Positions 11,454-54,684 of a stretch of DNA of 64,000 nt are shown one piece after another. The stretch is from contig MU060965.1 in NCBI GenBank assembly GCA_013265495.1, positions 620,001-684,000 of the forward strand, given 5' to 3'. Below the pieces are notes generated by a model. The model was not told the DNA's origin, did not search any database, and saw only the letters and a list, made by a program, of their open reading frames with translations. This stretch comes from Vicugna vicugna (lineage: Eukaryota). Each line of letters starts with the position of its first letter. Position 1 is the stretch's first letter. The position numbers and the translations under genes are program-made.

Positions 11454-13724
11454 CCAGAGCCAGAGATCGAGCAAAATCTCCTTGGGGTTGTTAGAAAACA
11501 AAGCTGTGTCTGCAAGCCCTGCTTCCGTGGCTCAGCCTCCTGGACACGGCACAGCACCTTCCAGAGGCTGAGCCCCTTCCCTCCCGGGGCGAATCACAGG
11601 GGCACAGAGCCCCGGGGGCCGTGGGCGGCACCTCCAGGTCAGCTGCACACCAAACTGCGGGTCCCCATGCAGGGCCCCTCGCTCGCTGACAAAGCAGCTT
11701 CACGCCCTCCTGTCGTCCTCGCTAGTCATTGCGTCATTTTGCGAAGGGCATGTGGCCCCGTGCCGCGAGAGGAGGGGCTCTTGGAGGGGACATGCTGTGG
11801 CTGTGTCTATTGGTTGTGTCCCCGGGGACACGTCTGCTCCAGCGACCGGACTCCTGGCTCACATATAAATGCTGTTTCCAAAGCCTGCAAGTGCCTGGGG
11901 TCCGTGCTCCTTTCCAAACGCCGACCCGCTGAGGGGACGTCTGCTCCCTGTGGTTGCCCGTTTCCTGTGTGAGGCATCTGTCTTCTGTGGAGTGTGTTGG
12001 GGGAGCCCGGCCTGCTCTGGGGGGCACCCCGAATGGGCCTCCCCCAGCAGCTGTGCCCAGTACAGACCTGAAGCTACTACCCCAGACCCCCGGGCACCTG
12101 CCCACTGCAGACACACCTGAGGGAGCAGGTGAGCACGGCCCTGCACAGTCGAGTCCTGGCCCAGTGGCAGACCAGATTTACAGTCCTGGGTCTCTGGGGA
12201 ACAGGGGAAGTGGGGGAGAGAGGAGGGACGGGGAGGGGGGCGGCTTAAGAGGACGCGGTCTCCTGCTCCCCTGCGGGCTGCAGGCACATTTGGTCTGACA
12301 GACAAAATACCCCCGGCCCTCGCGTTCGGAAAACACCCCCCGCTCTGCTTCCTGTGCCCGTCAAGCATTTCCTCTCGAGGAGGGAGGGCCCGGGGAAGAG
12401 TCTGGGCCCTCGACTCAGGAGGGCCTCTTGTTACGGACGAGGCAGGCAGGCCCGGACGCTGGTCAGGGCGTCTGCCATTCTGGTCCCAGCAGCCCCCTGG
12501 CCGTTCCGGGCAGCAGAGCCAAGACTGCGTGAGGTGAGTGACAGAACCCCTGGTTTCCCGGCTCGTGAACGATACTCACGCCAGGCTGAAGTCTGTCCAG
12601 GGCGCGTGGCTGGTGTTCATCCCCCAATTACAGACGCTTCATTGCCCAGAAATGCCCAATCATAACAGTAGCAGCGAAGATCACTGGCCGTGAATCACCA
12701 CACAAATACCATAATAATGAACAGTCTGGGGTGTCCTGGGAGCCACCAGCAAGCGACGCAGACACGAGCGACAAGTACCTGCCCCACGCAGGGCGGCCCC
12801 GCGCCCCCCACTTGTGCAAACGCAGTCTCTGAGGAGCCGTAGAGCGAGGCCCGCCTGCATTTTGTTGAATGTGGACTCTGTGTTTCCAGGGGTCCTGACC
12901 CCGTGGGCCCCGCACAGCCCTGGCCTCTGTGGCCAGGACCTGGGGCTTGAGCCCCAAGGCCACGAACGCAGCGGTCACTCGTTGTCAGCTTGGATTTTAG
13001 GTCAAACCATCCGTGGCCAAGCTGGCTGAATTGTTTGACTTGCTTCGGGCATATCGTAAAAAATAACACAACTGTCAAATTTAGAAGGAACAGTTCCATT
13101 GGCTGAGACGGTGCCCTCGGCCACACGTGGCCTTGCCGCTCCTCCAGCTGTCCGCCTGTGCCCGACTCAGTGGCCCCCGTGGGTCCCAGAGTCCTTCCCC
13201 GTCCGCCCCTGTCACCCAGACTCACTGGCCCAGGTCCACTTCCTCATGGCTTTGCTTGGCGGCTGCGTGAAGAGCTAGGATCTGGTTCAAAACTCATCCT
13301 TTCTGGGGGCTTCAGGATCATGGCGGCAGGAGTTTGTGGGCTGGGGGTGGCCTGGCGTGCACCGAGGACCCCACGGGACACGTGTCCCGACACCCAGGGT
13401 GGCTCTCACAGGAAGAGTCGGCTGAGATCTGGGGAGATCGTTTTTCACCAAAGAAACGTGCCTTGAACGTCCTGTAAACGGCAGTTATCAAGTGATTGAC
13501 TGTCTTCCCCGCCTGGACTGTGCACGGAACAGAGAAGGTGCTTCTTATTTCTGAGGCTTGTAAGAGCCAATTGGGTCCCGCGGGCAGTTTTGCGTAAGGA
13601 AGGCCAGCGCCTGCCGCCACCCCACAGCCGCTCAATCCTCCGCTCTGCGAGGGTCCCGCAGCCGCGCCCATGGCCGGGCGCCCCGGGCAGCGGGGGCGGG
13701 GTCACAGTGCGCGTCTGGGGACTT

Positions 13725-14067
13725 CCACTGGCTTGCTCCCTGTGTCTGAGGGTCTGCTGCTTTTTTGGTACATTTGCTAGTTGTTGGACTTTTTTGGTTC
13801 CACACAGAAGTGACGTCATATGGTACCTCAGTCTGACTCATTTCCTGAGCAGGGTGCCCCCCCAGGGCCATCCATGTTGCACCAGAGAACAAGCCAGCGG
13901 TGGCCAGTGTGGGGGGGCAGTCTAGGGGTGGGGGCGTGGGAGGGTCAAACCACTGGGCGTGAGGCAGGCTGTAGGATGTGCCTGCGACACGGGGAACACA
14001 GCCAATGTTTTATAATCACTGTAAACGGAAAGTAACCTTCAAAAATAGTATAACAATAAAAAACAAA
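13725..14067 (+). mobile_element. Short old L1 3' end with 5' inversion
   Basis: About 13725-13880 is reverse-strand L1 3' UTR (ccatccatgttgc, ttccacacagaagtga), 13880-14067 sense L1 end (ggaacacagccaatgttttataat...aataaaaaac). Confidence 0.7.
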
Positions 14068-16499
14068 CCTAGGGACTTTCAATAAAGTGTAAGAATTAGC
14101 AGCCGCAGACACGTTTTTACACTGAGGATCTCGTGAGGACATTAGCACACACGAGATCCACAATCGAGTGACTGCGGTAGGCGAGGCAGAGCCTGGCTCC
14201 TGTGCTCCCGCCGGCCGCCGGCGCCACCCGCGCTCAGGCCGCGCTCCCGGCTCCCCCGGGGGAGGCGCCGAGGTGGAGTTGCCGGTGCTGGCTTGACTCC
14301 AGGGCTTGACTCCCAACCGGCCTCCGCCCTCATCACACGCGTCTGTTCATTTCGCTGAGTGTCGGGTAAGGCTCTACCGGCTTCGTTTTCCCTCCTGGCG
14401 TCCGTGGGAGGGGCAGGTCCCGGGCACAGGTCTGGTCAGCGTGTGCTGGGGACACCTGTGTGGCTCTCACAGGCGCTTAGCTCTCCCAGTGTGAGGGGCC
14501 ACCTGGCCGCCCATCCCCGCACGTCCATTCTGAGTGTGTTAAAATGACAAAGCCAAGCCACGAAATGTCGGGTGGACGACCGTTCCTTCACGCCACGGAG
14601 ATGCCAGCCTGTTTGGGTCCCGGAAGTTCTAGGAAGAAGTGGCTTCCAGTGGATCTTTGGTTTATGTTCTTGGTGTTTGGGGTCAAAGTGCAAAGACACG
14701 TGACATTCGAACACCCCCATCCTAGTTGTTTGAGAAGGAGCTCTGGACACAGGGCCAGGGTTCTGGGCTTGGACTTTGTTTCCTGCTGTCCAGGGTGTAT
14801 TTACTCTGGTGCAAACGACCAGACGAAGCAACAGAGGAGAAATGAACAGAGGCTGGGACCTGAGCTGGGTGCAGGCGCTGGGCTCCAGGACGCCCACCTG
14901 CTCCCGTGGGCACTGTGCTCAGAGCCTCCCAGGAGGGCAGGCGCTCCACGCTTCACCAGAGTCCACAGGCCTGGGACGTGCTCAAGGTCCTGCCTTCTTG
15001 GCACCCTGTCCCCCCCGCTCCAAGTTCTGCACTCAGACCTGAGCCCCGGAAGCGGGAAGAGTCACCCTCGGGGGGAGGTGGGGCTGGGGTGTCCTGGAGA
15101 TGGATACCTCACACCCCAGCAAAGGCACCAAGTGCCCCCCCCCCAGTTTTCCAAACAGGAAAGACTAACGTGACCACAGAGCTCGAAGCCAGCCGTCTGC
15201 TCAGGTTTGAGGGGCGGAAATCAGAGAGGGGCTGCTAGGCACGAAGGAGGCGCCCAGGGAGGATCAGGGCTCGGACGCCATGCCCAGCTGACCTGCCTGG
15301 GATCACACAGCAAGCACCTCATCTGCCTGGGGTTTAAGGACCAAACTGTCCAACGGAGTCAGGGGCTCTGCTGCCAAGACATTGGGTCCACGAGCACCGG
15401 GATGGGGTTGTTGGCTCCGTGGGTGAGGGCGTGTGGGGGTTGCGGCTCTCCCCGGGGTCTCGCAGTTCCCGTGTCCCCCAGGCCCGTTGCAGCCCCCGGA
15501 GCAAACAGCTGGGACGCTGGGTTGCAGACTTGGCAGCCAGTCTGTGCTGACTGGAGCCCGGCCACGGGTGCCCAGAACATGGAGACAGCCTTCAACCCCA
15601 CGCAGGACCCGGGGTGGGACACATGGGGCATCAGAGTTTCCCCAGACTGTTCACACCAGTGTCGCCCAGCCCCTGTCCGCCTGCCAGGGCTTTTCATCTT
15701 GCCCAGAGCCAGGAGCTGATGAAAAATATTAAACTCCAAGGCCAACAATTTTGCTTTTATCCACAAAAATGTCTTTATCCCTCACCCCAGCCACAAAGAA
15801 TGTGAATAATTCACCTCCTGGTCTGCTGGTGGCTGCCAGGCCCCCCCCATCTCCAGGACCGCTCCCAGACCCTGCACGCCGCGTGCGTCCACGTGTGGCC
15901 CCCAGCCCCCAGGGCCCCCCACCTGGGGACACAGCCCCTGCCCCTCTGTCTGCGAAGTGACCCACTCTCTCCTCATCCCAGACTGAGGCAGGTAGTGGGA
16001 GGCGTCAGGAAGGCTGCTAACGGGGACAGGGTTCCCTCGCGGCCCAAGGAGACGTTCTGGAACCGTTGGTGACAGATGCACTGAAACCGCTGAATCGTGC
16101 ACTGGTGAAGGGTGACTGTTACGCTGTGTGAATCGAGTCTCAGCGGAGAGGGGGTTTGTCTGGTGCCAGCGCACACGAGCCCTCTGGGCAGGGCCGGGAG
16201 TACGGTACATGCTCAGTTAACGATACAACGGTCATGGGCGCAGTGAGGGGCCCTCGTCTGGTCCTGAGTGGCCTGTGGTCACCCAGCACCGCCCTGCCCG
16301 CCCCACTCCCGCCCTGTCCTGTCTTGTCGCCCGATTCTGCTCCCTCTGGGCGGGGGATGAAAACACAAAGGAGGCCAGAGCAGAGACGCTGCTGGGTTGT
16401 CAGGGCATGCTCAGCGGAGGGGGGTCCGGGGCAGGGCCCTCGCTCTGCCAGCAGCTCTTGGGTGGCTCCCGTTACTCTGTGTTTCCCTTTCCCATTTAC

Positions 16500-18780
16500 T
16501 GAACCTTTTAAGTTACAAATCTAATACATGTGTGGAAAGCAGGCTGCAGACCTAGGTGTAATGCGGTGATGCTGACAGAGCAGGGCTGCGGGGCCGGCCC
16601 TCCTGGTCCGCCGTGCTGACCGTCTTCCGCAGCCCTGTTTGCGCGTGGACGGGCCGAGGGCGCCAGGCCTCCGCCAAGCTTCACGCCAGTGAGATGCGAC
16701 CGTGGGCTGGACGTTCGTCTGCTGCCTGTGGTTCTGCGTGGGACGTGGGACCGCCATTCTCGGTGGGTGGGCGTTGGGGTGTCTCGGGTTTCCTGGGGTG
16801 TGTGGGGCCCCTGGCGTGGCTTTGGGGCCCTGGCGACCTTGACTGCTGGCGGTGCCCAGCCCCGTGTCTGCTGCAGGGAGGACCCGCTCGCTGCTCCAGC
16901 TTGCCGGCATCTGGTCCTCGCACAGCGGCGGGTGAGGGGGTTTCTCCCTGCGGGCTCACCTCGTGGTGTCTGTGGTTCGCATTTCCCTCCGTGTTGAGGA
17001 GCGGCCGTGGAACTGACAGACTGGCCCACGTGGTCCTGTTCTGTGCAGGGTCCGCCCGTGCCTGTCAGCTCCCTGCTCTCTGCTCCTGTTTGCAGGAGGG
17101 ATTTGTTATGCGTTCTGGACGTGCGCCCCGTGCGGGCCGGGAGCTTCCCGACACCCTCTCCCGCCTGAGCTTGTTGGCTGCCCTCTTTCTGGTGCCTTGA
17201 GGAACAGACATCCTCGATTGATTGACTTGTTTGTTTTTAATGGACTATTATTTAGAGCAGTTTGGATTTACCACAAAGTTAAGAGGATGGTGAAGGTTCT
17301 CTCACCGACCCTCACCCCCACGCGCGCAGCCTCCCCCACTGTCAGCGCCCCCACCAGGTGGTCCGTCCGCTGCGACCCTGAGCCAGCACTGGCCCCGCCG
17401 TCACCCCGGGCCACCCCCGGTGGTGGGCGTCTGCGGGTTTGCACACGTGCGACGACACGTGCCAGCCGTTGCCGTCCCCTGCAGAGTAGCTTCGTGCCCT
17501 GGAACTGCTCCGGGCTCCGCCCCTCGGCCCCTCCCCAGTCCCTGCTGCCTCCGTAGTTCTGTTGCTTCCAGAACGTCACGTGGTGGGGGTCGGACAACGT
17601 GCGCCTTTTCCGACGGGCGTCTTCCACTTCTTCACACGCATTCAAGGTTCCTCCATGTCTTTTCACGGCTTGGAGGTCACCTCTTTTTCTCACTGAATAA
17701 TAATGCAGCGTCTGAACGGAACACGGTCTGTTTACCCATCACCTGCTGAAGGGCATCTCCGGTGCCTCCAGGTTGGGCAGTTACGAACACATCTTCCGTA
17801 AACAGCTGTGTGCACACTTCTGTGTGGACAGTTTCAGCTCTTCTGGGCAAACAGCAAGGAGCACGGTGGCTGGGTCAGGCGGCGAGGGTGTGTTCAGTTC
17901 CCCTAGGAACCGTCTTCCCGGTGGCTGCACCGTTCTGCGCTCCCGCCTGCGGTGCTGAGTGCCCGCTGCTCCACGTCCTCGCCAGCACTTGGTGTTGCCG
18001 GTGTCTGGGTTGGGCCGTTCTGACAGGTGCCCGGTGGTCTGCCCCTGCTGTTTAATTTGCGCCTCCCCGAGGATGTGGTGCTGAGCGTCAGTTTGTGTTT
18101 GTTTGCCACCAGTGTAGCTTCTTTGGTAAGATGTCTTTGAAACCTTTGATGCATTTTTTTAAAATTGAGTTGTTTGCTTTTTGACTGTTGCGTTTCAACG
18201 GTTCTTTGTACATTTCGGGTCACAGAGCCTTATCAGATGTGCCTTTTGCAAATATCTTCTCCTGTTTGTGGCTTGTCTTCTCATTCTCTTGACAGTGTCA
18301 TTTGCCAGAAGTGTTTCGCTTTAACGGAGCCTGGCTTAGCCGTTATTTCTTTGTGGGTCGCACCTTTGGCGTTGGATCTGAAAAGTCAACCCAAGTCCCA
18401 GGCCGTCCGGATTTTCTCCTGCGCGTCTTCCAGGAGTTCTACAGTTTCGTGTGTAGATCTTTGCATTCAGACGTGTGATGGATTTCGAGTTGGCTCTTGT
18501 GAGGGGCGCAAGGTTTCGTGGAGGCTCGTTTGCGTGCCGATGTCCAGCTGTTCCAGCACGCTCTGTGGAGAGACTGTCTCTGCTCCGTTGTGTTGCCTTC
18601 GGTCCTTTGCTGAAGAGCAGTTGACTCTATTTTCGCGAGTCTGTTTCTGGGCTCTCTCTTCTGTTCCATTGGTCTGTCTGTCTGTCTGTCTGTTCATTTG
18701 GCAATACCAGGCCGTGCTGATTACTGTGACTCCTTTAACGAGTCTTGAGGTCAGGTCGCGTCAGTCCTCCAACCTTGTTT
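16500..18780 (-). mobile_element. Old L1M relics (apparently two nested/adjacent copies; ORF2 C-terminus and 3' UTR), strongly GC-shifted
   Basis: L1 landmarks: ccacgtcctcgccagcacttgg, atttgcctccccga, tgcaaatatcttctcc, ctgttccattggtctgtctgtc; minus-strand peptide DRQTNGTE..RENRVNC resembles ORF2 DRHIDQWNRIE region. Confidence 0.8.
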
Positions 18781-19214
18781 TTCTTGAAGTTCTTGATTTT
18801 AATGCAGCCCAATTTTTAGGTATTTTTCTTTATCACGAGAGCGTTTCGTTTTATGTTTTAAAGAAATATTTCTTCACCCTAGTTCATAAAAATAGTCTTT
18901 TATCACAGAGGTCAGCCAAGTTCAATAAGGGACAGACAGGACGCGCCTCGGGTTTCGAGGGCCAGCAGTTGTTCAGCCACTGTTCAGCTCGGCCGTCCTA
19001 ACGTGAGAGAAGTTGGGCACAGGGGTCAGTCAGTGCCGAGACTGGTGCCAGTGAGGCTTTGTTAACAGAGCCAGGGGAGGGCCACACTGGCCCACAGGCT
19101 ACAGCTTTACGTTACCTCCTAAATGCCTCGTACGTTACCTCGGAGTTAAGTACGTACTGTTCCTAGAGGTAACCTTCTGTGCTACGTGAGCTGGGGTCAA
19201 ACGTCCTCTTTCTG

Positions 19215-19410
19215 GAATGCGGGGTTTTCGACAGGTTTGACTTGCCCCAGGGGACGTGTGGCAGTGTCTGAAGACATCTGTGACTGTCTCACGTGTGTGT
19301 GTGTGTGTGTGTGGGTTCCCACTGGCAGTGGCATGCAGGCTATAGGGATGCACCTAAATGTGCTAAAGGCACAGGACAGCCCGTCACACAGAACTGTTAC
19401 CGATCTATAG
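19215..19410 (+). mobile_element. MER20 (hAT-Charlie) with internal (GT)n at 19293-19313
   Basis: ttgccccaggggacgtgtggcagtgtctgaagacat...ggcacaggacagccc matches MER20 consensus as recalled. Confidence 0.8.
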
Positions 19411-20591
19411 TATCCGAGAAACAAACAGAAGAACGAAACACAGATGTTACTCTTAAAACCAAAAGAGCAAAAAACTCTGAGATCAGCTCTGACCACATTC
19501 TGTGTCAGCAGCATAACCCATCCCACCCCCCACCCCCCACGGCGCCCGGTCAGATCTCTGTGCGGTCCTGCAACGCGCACAGTCAGACCCACCCCAGCTG
19601 CTCCTCCATGGTGCACACAGTCAGATGCAGACTCTCCGTCAGCCACGGCCTCGTGTGCAGTTTGGCCCTGCCTGGACCTGGGAGCAGCAAGTTCGCCAAC
19701 CTGGTCGGCACAGCTGGGAACGTATTGCAGTGTTTGGCTCTGACCTGGCCGTAAGCTTTTTCTTGGCAGCAGTTAGGGTAACCCCTGGCGCCCAGTGGAA
19801 GGCTAAGGAAACCGCACCAGGAAACAGATGTTGCCTTGCTGTCCCCGGGGAGAAGACGAACCCAAGGTGGTCAGGAGGCCCCAGAGCGCTGGCCTGTCTG
19901 TCCCGGAGTCCAGCCCCAGGGCTCTGTGTGAGTCCCCTGCTCTGCTGGCCGTCCTGGCCTTCATGAGCCGGTTGTGGCTGGCCAGGAGGAAGCTCACAGC
20001 TAGCCAGGGCAGCATTCCATAAGAACATTCCAGAGCCACCTCCAGAGTGGACGGGAACCAGAGAGCATGGTGAGAATGCTGTGGTGACAAGACTGAGAAT
20101 TGGATCAGGCTCCAGAGTGGCTTTGGGCTCCTGAGGCCACACGTGGCCAGACGGTGGGCAGCCCAGGTGGCTCCTGGGGGCCACAGTGGGACTGTGTGTC
20201 CCACATTCCTTGGAGTTGTGCTCAGACCACTCACCGAGCAGACGGTGTCTGTGCTGGTCCTCTTGGTCAACACCAGGGTCCTCAGGACTGGGCTCACGAG
20301 CTCTAGGTGGACAGCCTGAGGCTGTGTCCCTCAGCTCCAAGCCCTGGCCTGACCTGCTCAGCCCATCAGGCTGCCACCCCGATCCCGGAGCCAGCACAGG
20401 GGGCTGGGTTTGGGGTCCACTTGTGGTGTGAGCCACACACGTCTACCCCAGTCACAGGTGGAAGGAGATCCACGGTCTGTGGGAGAGGCTGGGTGGGACC
20501 CCCCTCCTTCCACGGGGACCTTGGCTGGAGGTGGACGTTTCATGAGGACGTGGGCTCTCCGAGGCCCACGCCTGACCTCCCCCTGCCCCCG

Positions 20592-20818
20592 GTCTGTGGA
20601 AATCTCTTGAAGAGCCTCTTAGACTGGTTTTATGAAGTCCTGAGTCAGCAGAATTCCACCCAGAGGCTGCTGAAGTTGGGGGACCCGAGCGAGCTGCACT
20701 GGGGCCCTTGGGAAGCAGCGTGGGCCACAGTGCCTGGAGGAGGAGAGGCTCCCTCTTGAACCCGGAAGAGAGTTGGCCTCGAGGACTCACCGAGGGCCTG
20801 GCTGGCTGGCGTGGCAAG
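20592..20818 (+). pseudogene. Candidate fossil exon
   Basis: VCGNLLKSLLDWFYEVLSQQNSTQRLLKLGDPSELHWGPWEAAW...*; donor AAG|gtgggg; pyrimidine tract ends in cg instead of ag. Confidence 0.45.
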
Positions 20819-21282
20819 GTGGGGCGGTCTGGTGGCCCAGCGGGAGAAGGCTGGCGTGGGGTCTCCATGACACTGGTCCATCAGGCGGGACCCCTGGGCC
20901 AAGCTCACCTCAAGGGACCAGACCAAGACCTGAAGGTACAGGGGTGACTTGAAAGGACACCGGAGGCTCAGGCCCCCGGGGCCCAGCAGGGCTGGCCTGA
21001 ATAGCCGGGGTGGGCCGCGGTGTCACTGTGACCCTAGGGCTCCTGCTGGCCTGAACCTGCTTTTCTGCTCCCCAGCCGCCTCACTACTGAGTGTGTACGT
21101 GCACCGCGTGTGCACGTGTGTGTGGAGAGGCGGGTGGGGCCCCTCCTTCCACGGGGACCTTGGCGGCAGTGGATGTTTCACACTTTCTGCGGCCCCTTGG
21201 CCTCAGACCTGCCGACGGCTGTGCCGCTGAGCACCAAGGAGCAGAAACCGCCAACACGGGGCTAGAAAGGGTCTGTGAATAT

Positions 21283-21288
21283 TTTATT
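21283..21288 (-). terminator. GAS6: GAS6 polyadenylation signal AATAAA
   Basis: Minus strand GGAAAAATAAAATATT about 290 nt after the stop, preceded by a U-rich element TTATTTTTATTACC. Confidence 0.8.
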
Positions 21289-21579
21289 TTTCCATAGTTC
21301 TAGGTCAGAAAGAAGCATCTGGTAATAAAAATAACAGAATCATGTTCCTGGGGCCGCTCTGGCGGGTGTGGGCCTCGGCCCCAGGAGGGCTCGGGCTGGC
21401 CCTGAGCTTAGTCCACTATTTACACGTATGTTACACGGCGGAGGGTGGCCTCGGAGGGACGTCGGCCGGGATTCAGTGTTGTGCGCGGGGTCACTGGTGC
21501 CCCCGCCTTCCTTCCTGCTTGGAGGAGAAGGCGGGAGGCATGCTGGGCGGGGGCGCGAGCGTCCAGCAGCAGCGGGAGC

Positions 21580-54481
<32,902 letters not shown>

Positions 54482-54543
54482 GGCGGGGCGGGGGCCGGGG
54501 ACGAGGACCCGGAGAGGACCGGGGCCGGGAGCCGGGCGCGCGG

Positions 54544-54603
54544 TCAGAGCGCCCGGGGGTCCGTGGCGAGCCGCGGGCGCCGCGGGGCGGTGGCTCCGAT
54601 CAT
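54544..54603 (-). promoter_or_regulatory. 19-codon uORF in GAS6 5' leader (MIGATAPRRPRLATDPRAL*)
   Basis: acaggATGa (A at -3), TGA at 54546-54544, 62 nt before the main ATG; inclusion in the mRNA depends on the TSS. Confidence 0.65.
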
Positions 54604-54625
54604 CCTGTGCAGGCGGCTCTGAAGG

Positions 54626-54631
54626 TCACAT
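54626..54631 (-). promoter_or_regulatory. Start-stop element ATGTGA in GAS6 5' leader
   Basis: Minus strand gccgccgggATGTGAccttc. Confidence 0.55.
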
Positions 54632-54665
54632 CCCGGCGGCTGCACCTCGGCGCTCGCGCGGGGCT

Positions 54666-54684
54666 GGGCGGGGGCGGGGGCGGG
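54666..54684. promoter_or_regulatory. Three tandem GC boxes (Sp/KLF; overlapping EGR-type GCGGGGGCG) just upstream of the GAS6 leader
   Basis: GGGCGGGGGCGGGGGCGGG; no TATA box seen. Confidence 0.65.

Noticed and set aside
18165-19001. 278-aa + strand ORF
   Set aside because: Mostly the antisense of the decayed L1; only the last AT-rich part (18820-18910) is kept as a candidate fossil exon
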